Source: Comamonadaceae bacterium (lineage in GTDB: Bacteria > Pseudomonadota > Gammaproteobacteria > Burkholderiales > Burkholderiaceae_C). Taken from it: a DNA stretch of 64,000 bases. This document shows positions 1 through 10,358 of this stretch, piece after piece. Position numbers and translations under genes: made by a program. Each line of letters begins with the position of its first letter. The stretch's first letter is position 1. A model generated the notes under the pieces. That model saw only the letters and a program-made list of their open reading frames with translations, did not search any database and was not told where the DNA came from. The stretch covers positions 27,599 through 91,598 of the forward strand of contig JAIXUG010000001.1 in NCBI GenBank assembly GCA_027484105.1, in the 5' to 3' direction.

Positions 1-2604
1 TTGAACGGCCAGTACGAAGAGGCTTTGGCCGTGGCACGTCAGCAGGTCGAAAACGGCGCGCAGGTCATTGACGTCAACATGGACGAAGCCATGCTCGACA
101 GCCAAGCGGCCATGGTGCGCTTCTTGAACCTGATGGCGGGTGAACCCGACATCGCCCGCGTGCCGGTGATGGTGGACTCCAGCAAATGGTCGGTGATTGA
201 AGCCGGCCTGCGCTGCATCCAGGGCAAGGGCATCGTCAACTCGATCAGCATGAAAGAGGGCTTGGACGAGTTCAAACGCCAAGCCAAGCTGGTCAAGCGC
301 TACGGCGCAGCGGCCGTGGTCATGGCGTTTGACGAAAAAGGCCAGGCCGACACCTTCGAGCGCAAGATCGAGATTTGCGAGCGCGCTTACCGCGTGTTGG
401 TGGACGAGGTGGGCTTCCCGCCCGAAGACATCATTTTCGACCCGAACATTTTTGCCATCGCCACCGGCATCGAAGAGCACAACAATTACGCGGTGGATTT
501 CATCGCAGCCACGCGCTGGATCAAACAGAACCTGCCGGGTGCCAAGGTCAGCGGCGGTGTGTCCAACGTGTCTTTCAGCTTCCGGGGCAACGACCCGGTG
601 CGCGAAGCCATCCACACCGTGTTCCTGTACCACGCCATCCAGGCGGGCATGGACATGGGCATCGTCAACGCGGGCATGGTCGGCGTGTACGACGATCTGG
701 AGCCCACGCTGCGCGAACGCGTGGAAGACGTGGTGCTGAACCGTCGCCCCGATGCAGGCGAGCGTTTGATCGAAGTGGCCGACAGCGCCAAAGGCGCGGC
801 CAAAGACGAGAGCACCAAACTGGCTTGGCGCGGCACGCCCGAAGCCCCCGTGGGCGTGGCGCAGCGCCTGTCACATTCCTTGGTGCACGGCATCACCGAC
901 TTCATCAACGACGACACCGAAGAGGCCTACCAGGAGATTCTGGCCAAGGGTGGGCGCCCCTTGCACGTGATCGAAGGTCCGCTCATGGACGGCATGAATG
1001 TGGTGGGCGATTTGTTCGGCCAAGGCAAGATGTTCTTGCCGCAGGTGGTCAAGAGCGCGCGCGTGATGAAGCAGGCCGTGGCGCATTTGTTGCCCTACAT
1101 CGAGGCCGAAAAACTCGCACAAGAAGCGGCGGGTCAAGACGTCAAAGCCAAGGGCAAGATCGTGATCGCCACCGTCAAGGGCGATGTGCACGACATCGGC
1201 AAAAACATCGTCACCGTGGTCTTGCAGTGCAACAACTTTGAAGTGGTCAACATGGGCGTGATGGTGCCCTGCCACGAAATCCTGGCCAAGGCCAAAGAAG
1301 AGAACGCCGACATCATTGGCCTTTCGGGCCTGATCACGCCGAGCTTGGAAGAGATGCAGTACGTGGCGGGCGAGATGGAAAAAGACCCCTACTTCCGCGA
1401 GCGCCAAATGCCGCTGCTCATCGGTGGCGCGACCTGCAGCCGCGTGCACACCGCCGTGAAAATTGCGCCCCACTACAGCGGCCCGGTGGTGTATGTGCCC
1501 GACGCCTCGCGCAGCGTCAGCGTGGCGCAGGGCCTGTTGTCCGAGCAAGCCGCGAACTACATCGCCGAGCTCAACGCCGACTACGCCAAAGTGCGCGAGC
1601 AGCACGCGGGCAAAAAACAAACCCCCATGTGGACGTTGGCGCAGGCCCGCGCCAACAAGACGCCCATCGACTGGTCGAATGGCGTGCCCGCTGCACCCAA
1701 GTTCATTGGTCGGCGCGTGTTCAAGAATTACGACCTGGCCGAGATCGCGCAGTACATCGACTGGGGCCCCTTCTTCCAGACCTGGGATTTGGCAGGCCCC
1801 TTCCCCGCCATCCTCGACGACGAGGTGGTGGGCGAGCAGGCGCGCAAGGTGTATGCCGATGGCCAGGCGATGCTGAAAAAAATCATCGAAGGCCGCTGGG
1901 TCACCGCGAATGCTGTGTTGGGTCTGTTCCCTGCCAACAGCGTGAACGACGACGACATCGCTCTTTATTCAGACGCCTCGCGCAGCCAAGTGGCCATGAC
2001 GTGGCGCGGCTTGCGCCAACAAACCGAGAAACAAGCCATCAACGGCGTGATGCGCCCCAGCCGCTGCTTGGCCGACTTCGTTGCGCCGCAAGGCACAGCG
2101 CCCGATCACGTCGGCCTGTTCGCCGTCACAGCAGGCATTGGTGCCGACAAACGCGCTGCCGCTTTTGAAGCTGCGCACGACGACTACAGCGCCATCATGC
2201 TCAAGTCACTGGCCGACCGTTTGGCCGAAGCATTGGCCGAATGCTTGCACAAAAAAGTACGTACCGACCTGTGGGGTTACGCGGCATCGGAGGACTTGAG
2301 CAACGAGGCCCTGATCGCCGAACAGTACCAAGGCATCCGCCCCGCGCCGGGCTACCCCGCCTGCCCCGACCACAGCGCCAAGCAGGCCATGTTCGACTTG
2401 CTGCAATGCCAAGACATTGGCATGGGTTTGACCGAAAGCCTGGCCATGACGCCTGCGGCCAGCGTGAGCGGTTTCTACATCGCGCACCCCGAGGCGCAGT
2501 ACTTCAGCGTGGGCAAAGTGGGCGAGGACCAAGTGCAAGACCTGGCGCAGCGCAGCGGCGTGGCAGTGAACGACCTGCAGCGTTTGCTTGCGCCCAATCT
2601 GTGA
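1..2604 (+). CDS. metH: Cobalamin-dependent methionine synthase MetH, C-terminal ~867 aa (5' end lies outside the window)
   Basis: The long ORF runs from the window edge. It has the B12-binding DxHxxG motif 'GDVHDIGKN', the end of the pterin-binding region, and a C-terminal AdoMet-activation domain ('[12 protein letters not shown]'). Confidence 0.95.
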   Translation: MNGQYEEALAVARQQVENGAQVIDVNMDEAMLDSQAAMVRFLNLMAGEPDIARVPVMVDSSKWSVIEAGLRCIQGKGIVNSISMKEGLDEFKRQAKLVKRYGAAAVVMAFDEKGQADTFERKIEICERAYRVLVDEVGFPPEDIIFDPNIFAIATGIEEHNNYAVDFIAATRWIKQNLPGAKVSGGVSNVSFSFRGNDPVREAIHTVFLYHAIQAGMDMGIVNAGMVGVYDDLEPTLRERVEDVVLNRRPDAGERLIEVADSAKGAAKDESTKLAWRGTPEAPVGVAQRLSHSLVHGITDFINDDTEEAYQEILAKGGRPLHVIEGPLMDGMNVVGDLFGQGKMFLPQVVKSARVMKQAVAHLLPYIEAEKLAQEAAGQDVKAKGKIVIATVKGDVHDIGKNIVTVVLQCNNFEVVNMGVMVPCHEILAKAKEENADIIGLSGLITPSLEEMQYVAGEMEKDPYFRERQMPLLIGGATCSRVHTAVKIAPHYSGPVVYVPDASRSVSVAQGLLSEQAANYIAELNADYAKVREQHAGKKQTPMWTLAQARANKTPIDWSNGVPAAPKFIGRRVFKNYDLAEIAQYIDWGPFFQTWDLAGPFPAILDDEVVGEQARKVYADGQAMLKKIIEGRWVTANAVLGLFPANSVNDDDIALYSDASRSQVAMTWRGLRQQTEKQAINGVMRPSRCLADFVAPQGTAPDHVGLFAVTAGIGADKRAAAFEAAHDDYSAIMLKSLADRLAEALAECLHKKVRTDLWGYAASEDLSNEALIAEQYQGIRPAPGYPACPDHSAKQAMFDLLQCQDIGMGLTESLAMTPAASVSGFYIAHPEAQYFSVGKVGEDQVQDLAQRSGVAVNDLQRLLAPNL

Positions 2605-2795
2605 AGGTGTCCTGCCCCATTGGATGCTGCATCGGTCATGCGGGTTGGGCAAATGGGTGATCGGTAGAAAGGGTCTCGTGATGGCCTGTCACGCTTCCCG
2701 TGTCTGAGCGTATAAGCTGTGGCGTGTGGTGACGGCCCGGCTCACCGCATCCGTGTTCATGGCAAGGCCCCGGCCACTTTGGAGTTTTCCTGCTC

Positions 2796-4958
2796 ATGCG
2801 TTTTCGACAAGCCCTGTTGTTGCTCTTGCTGGCGCTGACCATCGGCGCGTTTGTGGCGCTGGACCTGGGTCGCTACTTGAGCTTTGAGCAGCTCAAAGCC
2901 AGCCAAGCCAGTTTTGCGCAGCTGCATGCCGAGCAGCCGTTCACGGTGGCGGCGGTGTATTTCGTCGTCTATGTGCTGGCAACAGCGCTGTCCATTCCGG
3001 GGGCCGTGGTCATCACCTTGGCGGGTGGGGCTATTTTTGGCTTGTGGCAAGGCTTGTTGATCGTGTCTTTTGCGTCCACCGTGGGCGCCACCTTGGCGTT
3101 TTTGGCATCGCGCTTTTTGTTGCGCGATTGGGTGGAGGCGCGCTTTGGTCAGCGCCTGGCCGACATCAACACCGGCGTGAACCGCGAGGGCGGGTTTTAC
3201 CTCTTCACTTTGCGGCTGATTCCGGTCGTGCCGTTCTTCTTGATCAACCTGCTCATGGGCCTCACGCGCATGAAGGTGTGGACTTTTTATTGGGTCAGCC
3301 AACTTGGCATGTTGGCGGGCACGGCGGTGTATGTGAATGCGGGCACTCAGCTGGCGCAACTTGACGCTTTGCAAGGCATCTTGAGCCCCGCGCTTTTGGG
3401 CAGCTTTGTGCTGCTGGGCATCTTCCCGCTGGTCGCGCGCCGCACCCTGGCGGCGGTGCAAAAGCGCAAGGTCTACGCCCGTTGGGCCGACCAACGCCCC
3501 CAAACCTTTGACCGCAACCTGATCGTCATCGGCGGCGGCGCGGGCGGTTTGGTCAGCGCCTACATCGCGGCAGCCGTCAAGGCCAAGGTCACGCTGATCG
3601 AGGCGCACAAGATGGGTGGCGACTGCTTGAACTACGGCTGTGTGCCCAGCAAAGCGCTGATCAAAAGCGCCAAGCTCGTGCACCAAATGCGCCACGCGTC
3701 GAACTACGGCCTGAGCGATGCGGCCCCAAGCTTCAGCTTCAAAGCGGTGATGCGGCGCGTGCACGACGTGATCAAAGCCATTGAGCCGCACGACAGCATC
3801 GCGCGTTACACCGGCTTGGGCGTGGAGGTGCTGCAGGGGCACGGCAAGTTGCTGAACCCATGGACGGTGGAGGTGGCTTTAAACGACGGAACGACACAGC
3901 GGCTGACCGCCCGCAGCATCGTGATCGCCGCCGGTGCCCGGCCGTTTGTGCCACCTCTGCCCGGCTTGAATGAGGTGGGCTACGTGACCAGCGACACGCT
4001 GTGGGATGAATTCGCCCAACTCGATGAAGTGCCCCAACGTTTGGTGGTGCTGGGCGGTGGGCCGATTGGTTGCGAGCTGGCACAAAGCTTTGCCAGGCTG
4101 GGCTCACACGTCACGCAAGTGGAAATGGGCGCACGCATCATGGTGCGCGAAGACGCAGAGGTGAGCGAACTCGCCAAAGCTTCGCTGGAGGCCGACGGCG
4201 TGCAAGTGCTCACCAGCCACAAGGCGCTGCGGTGTGAACTGGTTGACGGCGAAAAGACCTTGGTGGTGGAACACGCCGGTGCAGAACAACGCATCGTGTT
4301 CGACCAGCTGCTGTGCGCCGTCGGCCGCGTGGCGCGTTTGCAGGGGTATGGCCTGGAGGACTTGGGCATCCCCACACAGAGCACTATTGAGACCAACGAG
4401 TACCTGCAAACCATTTACCCCAACATTTATGCCGCAGGCGACGTCGCCGGGCCGTTCCAGTTCACGCACACCGCCGCGCATCAAGCCTGGTACGCGGCCG
4501 TCAACGCGCTGTTTGGCGAGTGGAAGCTGTTCAAGGCCGACTACTCGGTCATCCCTTGGGCCACCTTCATCGACCCCGAGGTGGCGCGCTTGGGCCTCAA
4601 CGAGCAAGAAGCCCAAGAGAAGAACATCCCGTATGAGGTGACGAAGTACGGCATCGATGACCTCGACCGCGCCATCGCAGACAGCGAAGCGCACGGTTTT
4701 GTGAAGGTGCTCACCGTGCCGGGCAAGGACAAGATTTTGGGCGTGACCATCGTGGGCGCACACGCGGCAGATTTGTTGGCCGAGTACGTGCTGGCCATGA
4801 AACACGGCCTGGGCCTGAACAAAATTCTGGGCACCATCCACACCTACCCCACCATGAGCGAGGCCAACAAATACGCGGCGGGCGAATGGAAGCGAGCCCA
4901 TGCGCCACAGCGCTTGCTTGCTTGGGTGAAGAAGTACCACGACTGGCGGCGCGGATGA
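2796..4958 (+). CDS. Fusion protein: TVP38/TMEM64 (DedA/SNARE-associated) membrane domain plus class-I FAD-dependent pyridine nucleotide-disulfide oxidoreductase
   Basis: The N-terminal ~230 aa are multi-TM ('VPFFLINLLMGLT'). They are followed by 'GGGAGGLVSAYIAA' (FAD fold), the redox-active disulfide 'GGDCLNYGCVPSK', the NAD fold 'VVLGGGPIGCELAQ', and the dimerisation-domain motif 'HTYPTMSE'. Confidence 0.85.
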   Translation: MRFRQALLLLLLALTIGAFVALDLGRYLSFEQLKASQASFAQLHAEQPFTVAAVYFVVYVLATALSIPGAVVITLAGGAIFGLWQGLLIVSFASTVGATLAFLASRFLLRDWVEARFGQRLADINTGVNREGGFYLFTLRLIPVVPFFLINLLMGLTRMKVWTFYWVSQLGMLAGTAVYVNAGTQLAQLDALQGILSPALLGSFVLLGIFPLVARRTLAAVQKRKVYARWADQRPQTFDRNLIVIGGGAGGLVSAYIAAAVKAKVTLIEAHKMGGDCLNYGCVPSKALIKSAKLVHQMRHASNYGLSDAAPSFSFKAVMRRVHDVIKAIEPHDSIARYTGLGVEVLQGHGKLLNPWTVEVALNDGTTQRLTARSIVIAAGARPFVPPLPGLNEVGYVTSDTLWDEFAQLDEVPQRLVVLGGGPIGCELAQSFARLGSHVTQVEMGARIMVREDAEVSELAKASLEADGVQVLTSHKALRCELVDGEKTLVVEHAGAEQRIVFDQLLCAVGRVARLQGYGLEDLGIPTQSTIETNEYLQTIYPNIYAAGDVAGPFQFTHTAAHQAWYAAVNALFGEWKLFKADYSVIPWATFIDPEVARLGLNEQEAQEKNIPYEVTKYGIDDLDRAIADSEAHGFVKVLTVPGKDKILGVTIVGAHAADLLAEYVLAMKHGLGLNKILGTIHTYPTMSEANKYAAGEWKRAHAPQRLLAWVKKYHDWRRG

Positions 4959-5698
4959 GTGCGCGCCTGCTGTGGCTCTTGCTGTGGTGTGCCTTGAACG
5001 CGACAGCCGCCATGGCGCAAACCCTGTCGCCCTTGGTGCCGGTGGATGGTTCGGCTGCGAGTGCCTGGCGCTTTGTGGGGCTCCCGAAGTCCAAGGCCGA
5101 TATCCCGCCCACGCGTTTTGAGTTGGCCACCTTGCAGGGTGAGCGTGCCTTGAAGGTCAGCACCCGCGCATCCTACGGGACCTGGGTGCACGATTTGCCA
5201 TCCGTCAACCCGGGTCGTTTGCAATGGCGCTGGCGGTTGGATCAGGCACTCACGGGCGGCAAAACAAAACCTGACATGTTCACCAAGGCCGGTGATGACG
5301 CGGCGCTCAAGGTCTGCGTGCTGTTTGATCACCCCTTGGAGCGCGTTCCATTTGCAGAGCGCACCTTGCTTCGCATGGCGCGGCGCATCAGTGGCGAAGA
5401 TTTGCCCGCCGCCACCCTGTGCTATGTGTGGGACAGTGTTTATCCAGCGGGCACGCAGGGTGCCAATCCTTACACACAGCGTGTGCGTTTCATCAATGTG
5501 CAGGGCAAAGGTGCCCCATTGGGCCAGTGGCAATCCGAATCACGCGACGTGGCCGCCGACTTTGCGCAGCTGTTTGCCGACGAGCTGCCCCAAGGTGCGG
5601 TCGTGCCTTCGGTGCGCGCCGTGCTGATTGGGGCTGACAGCGACAACACCGGGGCAGAGAGTGTGGGTTGGCTCAAGTCCTTGGCGTGGAGCCCATGA
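4955..5698 (+). CDS. Secreted DUF3047-like protein
   Basis: The ATG at 4955 overlaps the upstream stop (ATGA). The signal peptide is 'LLWLLLWCALNATAAMAQ'. The family call is from memory of the DUF3047 pattern ('WRFVGLP...TRFEL'). Confidence 0.6.
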   Translation: MSARLLWLLLWCALNATAAMAQTLSPLVPVDGSAASAWRFVGLPKSKADIPPTRFELATLQGERALKVSTRASYGTWVHDLPSVNPGRLQWRWRLDQALTGGKTKPDMFTKAGDDAALKVCVLFDHPLERVPFAERTLLRMARRISGEDLPAATLCYVWDSVYPAGTQGANPYTQRVRFINVQGKGAPLGQWQSESRDVAADFAQLFADELPQGAVVPSVRAVLIGADSDNTGAESVGWLKSLAWSP

Positions 5699-5756
5699 GG
5701 TTCGCGGCCGTGTCGTTCGCGCCAGCGGCTTCGATCAGGCGCGACGCGCCACAAAC

Positions 5757-6779
5757 TCAAGCCGATTTTTGAGCGTACAAATCGTTCAACAGCGACAGGC
5801 CATCGGCATATTGCGCGGCGTTGCGCTTTTCCTCCTGACGCACGCGCCATTTGCGCAAAGGCTGGCCATCGCGCAATTGTTGCAGCAGATAAGGCACCCA
5901 CCGGCGTGCTTGCTGCGCAGACACCAAAGGGTGGCTGTCATCACGGGCTGCAGACGTGTTTTGAGCTTTCACAAACTGTGCCACCACGCTCAGATTGTCC
6001 GAAGCATCGGCGTTGTGGGCCACGATTTTGAACCCAGCGATTTCCAGCAAATTGCGCAAGGTCTCGCCTGTGAAGTACAAAGTGTGCGCCCTGAAAAACA
6101 TGTAATGCGGTGAACACAAGCGCAGGGCGTTGGGCACCTCGATGTAGAGCAGGCCTTCGGGTTTGAGTTTTTCGCCCATGGTGCGCAAGGCCGAGACGGG
6201 ATCTGGCAAATGCTCGAGCACATGGAACATCGAGATCAGGTCTAAAGACCAGGCCGCTTCACTGGCCAAGCCTTGTTGCAAGGTGACATTGTTGACATCA
6301 ATGCCCAGCATGTTTCGGGCGTAAGTTGCGTAGCCCGCGTGGGGTTCAATCCCCTTGGCCTGAAAACCCAGGGTGTGCATCAGATAAACGAACTCACCAC
6401 TGCTGGAGCCAATGTCCAGGCTGCGTCGGGGGTGGGTGTTGTGGGCTGGCTCCAGGCCCACGCTGTTTTGGCGCAACCATTGCCAGCGCAATTGGGCATT
6501 GCGACCCGCCCGCAAGACATGGCGCAGTGCGGGTTGAACGGCCGATTTGTAGGCTTGGCGATATTGCGTTGCATACCACTCAGCCAGCTCCTGGTCAGTG
6601 GGAAGCGGATCAATGCGCCCCAAGCCGCAATCGCTGCAGGACACGGTGATCAAGGTCTCACCCGTTTTGCCGTCTTGATTGGCAATGATTTGAGCCGACC
6701 GACCACCGCAACTGGGACAAGCCGTGTGGGCATTCAGTGGGGTGCCTGTGTCGGTTTTGGATGAGGGGGTGGTATTCAT
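5757..6779 (-). CDS. Class I SAM-dependent methyltransferase with an N-terminal 4-Cys zinc ribbon
   Basis: The zinc ribbon is 'CPSCGG...CSDCG'. SAM motif I is 'LDIGSSSGEF', followed by 'FHVLEHLPDP', which is typical of Methyltransf_11/23. Confidence 0.75.
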   Translation of the reverse strand: MNTTPSSKTDTGTPLNAHTACPSCGGRSAQIIANQDGKTGETLITVSCSDCGLGRIDPLPTDQELAEWYATQYRQAYKSAVQPALRHVLRAGRNAQLRWQWLRQNSVGLEPAHNTHPRRSLDIGSSSGEFVYLMHTLGFQAKGIEPHAGYATYARNMLGIDVNNVTLQQGLASEAAWSLDLISMFHVLEHLPDPVSALRTMGEKLKPEGLLYIEVPNALRLCSPHYMFFRAHTLYFTGETLRNLLEIAGFKIVAHNADASDNLSVVAQFVKAQNTSAARDDSHPLVSAQQARRWVPYLLQQLRDGQPLRKWRVRQEEKRNAAQYADGLSLLNDLYAQKSA

Positions 6780-6977
6780 CCGGGCATTGTAAGTGGACCG
6801 AATGGGCTCTTGTTAGAGGGTTTTCGGAGTTTGTCAGGCGCATGCATCCCCGCAGGGCATGCTCACATCGACATCAAGTGGAAAAAATAGATAGATAAAA
6901 ATCTATGAATAACGAGTTGAAAATCAATTTTACAAGTTCGACTCCTTTTTTTAGCATTCGTGGAAAGGAGCCATTTC

Positions 6978-7949
6978 ATGAACACCCTTCTCGATCCCGC
7001 CATTCTTTTCTTTGTTTTTGGTGTGCTGGCTGGCGCCTTCAAATCCAATTTGGAAATTCCAAGATCCATCGCCAAATTTCTGTCCCTGTACCTCTTGATG
7101 GCCTTGGGCCTGAAGGGCGGCTTTGCATTGGCCAAGTCGGGCATGGACGCCTCCATTGCCATCAGTCTGGGGGCTGCATTGGCCATGGCATTCATTGTTC
7201 CGGCCTTGGGCTACGCCTTGCTGAAAAACCGCATTCCTCGTCTGGATGCGGCTGCTGTGGCTGCAGCTTATGGGTCTGTCAGTGCCGTGACCTTTGTCAC
7301 CGCCACGCAGTTTCTGGAAGCCAGTGGGCTGCGCTTTGGTGGACACATGACGGTGGCCATGGTGATCATGGAGTCGCCTGCCATCATCATGGCGGTGCTC
7401 CTGGCCAATGCCAATCGCCAGGCCCTTGCCGGGTCGGGTCAGGGCTCTGCCAGCTCATTTTCCCTAGGGAAAATCCTGCATGAGTCGTTCACCGACGGAG
7501 CACACTTGTTGTTGATTGGATCGATGGTCATTGGCTACATCGGCGGTGAAGCCGGCAAGACCATGATGCAACCTTTTGCGGGCGACCTGTTCAAAGGCTT
7601 GCTCGCATTCTTTTTGCTGGACATGGGGCTCATGGTGGCCAGGAATTTTTCGCAGGCGCGCAAGACATCCGCGTTTTTGCTGGTATTCGCAGCCGTCGGT
7701 CCCTTGGTTCACGCGGCCATTGCTTTGGCCTTGGCCGTGGTCTTGAAAATGCCCGTCGCAGACGCTGCCATGTTGATGGTGTTGTCGGCCAGTGCTTCGT
7801 ACATCGTGGTGCCAGCCGTGCTGCGTTACGCCATCCCGGAGGCCAACCCCTCGCTGTACTTTGGTCTTTCCTTGGGCATCACTTTCCCGCTGAATATTCT
7901 GGTGGGAATCCCTTTGTACATCCATGTGGCCCGGTGGGCTTTGGGCTGA
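6978..7949 (+). CDS. SbtA-family (sodium-dependent bicarbonate transporter-like) permease
   Basis: A polytopic membrane protein starting 'MNTLLDPAILFFVFGVLAGAF'. An AAGGAG RBS lies 7 nt upstream of the ATG. The family call is from memory. Confidence 0.65.
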   Translation: MNTLLDPAILFFVFGVLAGAFKSNLEIPRSIAKFLSLYLLMALGLKGGFALAKSGMDASIAISLGAALAMAFIVPALGYALLKNRIPRLDAAAVAAAYGSVSAVTFVTATQFLEASGLRFGGHMTVAMVIMESPAIIMAVLLANANRQALAGSGQGSASSFSLGKILHESFTDGAHLLLIGSMVIGYIGGEAGKTMMQPFAGDLFKGLLAFFLLDMGLMVARNFSQARKTSAFLLVFAAVGPLVHAAIALALAVVLKMPVADAAMLMVLSASASYIVVPAVLRYAIPEANPSLYFGLSLGITFPLNILVGIPLYIHVARWALG

Positions 7950-7983
7950 GCTGCACACCGCCACAGATCCCCGCCATGTGGGC

Positions 7984-9180
7984 TCAATCCTTCAACCCCA
8001 GTTCTTGCAGGATCGTCTCGGTGTGTTCACCCACCCGGGGAATGGGGTCCATGCGGTAGTCAAAACCGCTTTGCCTGCCCGGGGGCAGCAGGGCGGGCAA
8101 GGGGCCAGCGGGGGAGGCCACGTGGGTCCAGCGTTGCCGGGCGTGCAGTTGCGGGTGGGCCCACAGGTCAGCCATGGTGTTCACGCGCGCATTGGCGATG
8201 TGCGCGGCGTCCAGTCTGGCCAGCACTTGCGGCACGGTCAGCGGAGCGAAAGTGTCGAGGATGATCTTTTGCAAGGCCAGTCGGTGATCATTGCGATGGG
8301 CATTGGTGTCAAAACGCGGGTCGCTGGCCAGGGCGGGTTTCAGCAAAACATGCGCACAAAACTGCACCCACTCGCGTTCGTTTTGCAGGCCCAGCATCAC
8401 GGTGCCGATGTGCTCGCCCGTGCCGTCGACCTGGCTGCCCACCTGGAAGGGTCCGTAGGGGTAGATGGTGGCGTGCGCCGCTGCGTTGCGCGGCGGTGCT
8501 TCAGCGCCATCCATCGCGTAATACATCGGAAAGCCCATCCACTCGGTCAGCGCTTCCAGCATGGACACATCGATGTGCGAGCCCTCGCCAGTCTTGTCGC
8601 GCTGCAGCAAGGCCGCCAGGATGCTGCTGTAGGCGTACATGCCGGCGGCGATGTCGGCAATCGAGTTGCCGCTCTTGCTGGGCTGCTCGGGTGTGCCCGT
8701 CACACTCAGATACCCCGCCTCGCTTTGGATCAACAGGTCATAGGCTTTTTTGTCGCGGTAAGGCCCGTCGTTGCCATAGCCCGAGATGTCGCACACGATC
8801 AGTCGTGGGTGTTGCGCGCGCAGTGTGGCGGCATCCAGGCCCATGCGTAGCGTGGCACCGGGTGCGAGGTTTTGCACCAGCACGTCGGCTTTGGCCAGCA
8901 GGGCTTGCAGCGCGGCCAGATGCTCAGGCGCTTTGAGGTCCAGCGCCAGGCTTTCCTTGGAGCGGTTGACCCAGACAAAGTGCGAGGACAGCCCGCGTGC
9001 CCGCTGGTCGTAAGCGCGGGCAAAGTCGCCCGTTTCCGGGCGTTCGACTTTGATCACGCGCGCGCCCAGATCGGCCAGCTGGCGGGTGCAAAAAGGGGCG
9101 GCAATGGCGTGCTCCAAAGACACCACCGTGATGTGGTCCAGCGGCCGCTGGCCGGTTGGGGGTGAAGGCTGGGTGGACAT
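7984..9180 (-). CDS. CaiB/BaiF family III CoA-transferase
   Basis: Family signature 'VVSLEHAIAAPFCTRQLADLGARVIKVERPETGD'. The start at 9180 overlaps the stop of the upstream gene (TGATG). Confidence 0.85.
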   Translation of the reverse strand: MSTQPSPPTGQRPLDHITVVSLEHAIAAPFCTRQLADLGARVIKVERPETGDFARAYDQRARGLSSHFVWVNRSKESLALDLKAPEHLAALQALLAKADVLVQNLAPGATLRMGLDAATLRAQHPRLIVCDISGYGNDGPYRDKKAYDLLIQSEAGYLSVTGTPEQPSKSGNSIADIAAGMYAYSSILAALLQRDKTGEGSHIDVSMLEALTEWMGFPMYYAMDGAEAPPRNAAAHATIYPYGPFQVGSQVDGTGEHIGTVMLGLQNEREWVQFCAHVLLKPALASDPRFDTNAHRNDHRLALQKIILDTFAPLTVPQVLARLDAAHIANARVNTMADLWAHPQLHARQRWTHVASPAGPLPALLPPGRQSGFDYRMDPIPRVGEHTETILQELGLKD

Positions 9181-10349
9181 CAAAAAGAGCGGGGCAAACC
9201 CAACACATGTTCGGCCATGTAGGCGTGGATGAGGTTGGTGGAAATGGGGGCCACCTGGTACAGGCGGGTTTCGCGGAATTTGCGTTCCACATCGTATTCG
9301 GCGGCAAAACCAAAACCGCCGTGGGTTTGCAGGCACACATTGGCCGCCTCCCACGAGGCCTTGGCCGCCAGGTACTTGGCCATGTTGGCCTCGGCCCCGC
9401 AGGGCTGGCCTTCGTCAAACAGGGCGCAAGCCCGAAAGCGCATCAGGTTGGCTGCTTCGGTTTCGATGTAGCTCTCGGACAGGGGGAACTGGATGCCCTG
9501 GTTTTGACCAATCGGGCGGCCAAACACCTGCCTTTCATTGGCGTAGCGCCGCGCTTTGTCGACAAACCAGTAGGCGTCGCCAATGCACTCGGCCGCGATC
9601 AGGCTGCGCTCGGCGTTCAGGCCGTCGAGGATGTAGCGAAAGCCCTGCCCTTCCTGGCCGATCAGGTTGTCGGCCGGAATTTCCAGTTCGTCAAAAAACA
9701 CCTCGTTGGTTTCGTGGTTGACCATGTTGCGGATGGGCTTGACGCTCATGCCTTGGCCCAAGGCCTGCTGCAGGTCGACGATGAACACCGACATGCCCTC
9801 GCTCTTGCGCGCCACTTGGCTCAATGGTGTGGTGCGCGCCAGCAAAATCATCCAGTCCGAGTGCTGGACGCGCGAGATCCACACTTTTTGGCCGTTGACC
9901 ACATAGCGGTCGCCGCGCCGGATGGCGGTGGTTTTGAGTTGTGTGGTGTCGGTGCCCGTGCTCGGCTCGGTCACGGCCATCGATTGCAAGCGCCACTCGC
10001 CACTGGCGATTTTGGGCAGGTACAGGGCTTTTTGTGCGGCCGAGCCATGGCGCAGCAAGGTGCCCATGTTGTACATCTGGCCATGACACGACCCTGCATT
10101 GCCACCGGACAGGTTGATCTCTTCCATGATCACCGAGGCCTCGGTCAGCCCCAGCCCCGAGCCGCCAAATTCGGTGGGGATCATGGCGGCCAACCAGCCC
10201 GCTTCGGTCAAGGCTTTGACAAAAGCTTCGGGGTAGCCGCGGGCTTCGTCCACGGCTTGCCAATAGGCCGAATCAAAGGGTTTGCACAGGTCACGCAAGG
10301 CTTCACGCAGGGCTTGGTGTGCATCGGGCCGGGGGATGTCGTGGGTCAT
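9180..10349 (-). CDS. Acyl-CoA dehydrogenase
   Basis: 389 aa. The C-terminal 'QTHGGFGFAAEYDVERKFRETRLYQVAPISTN' is typical of the ACAD family. Confidence 0.9.
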   Translation of the reverse strand: MTHDIPRPDAHQALREALRDLCKPFDSAYWQAVDEARGYPEAFVKALTEAGWLAAMIPTEFGGSGLGLTEASVIMEEINLSGGNAGSCHGQMYNMGTLLRHGSAAQKALYLPKIASGEWRLQSMAVTEPSTGTDTTQLKTTAIRRGDRYVVNGQKVWISRVQHSDWMILLARTTPLSQVARKSEGMSVFIVDLQQALGQGMSVKPIRNMVNHETNEVFFDELEIPADNLIGQEGQGFRYILDGLNAERSLIAAECIGDAYWFVDKARRYANERQVFGRPIGQNQGIQFPLSESYIETEAANLMRFRACALFDEGQPCGAEANMAKYLAAKASWEAANVCLQTHGGFGFAAEYDVERKFRETRLYQVAPISTNLIHAYMAEHVLGLPRSF

Positions 10350-10358
10350 GTCTAAGCT

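Noticed and set aside
2605-2795. The 190-bp gap after metH as a site for a riboswitch or small RNA.
   Set aside because: I saw no conserved-looking structure or motif, for example no B12-box. A cobalamin riboswitch would be expected upstream of a B12-independent metE, not here.
9156-10355. A 399-aa plus-strand ORF. The 406-aa ORF at 16295-17515, the 361-aa ORF at 2757-3842 and the 370-aa ORF at 48236-49348 are of the same kind.
   Set aside because: Each is the antisense frame of a confidently assigned gene: the ACAD, selD, the TVP38-FAD fusion and glcF respectively.
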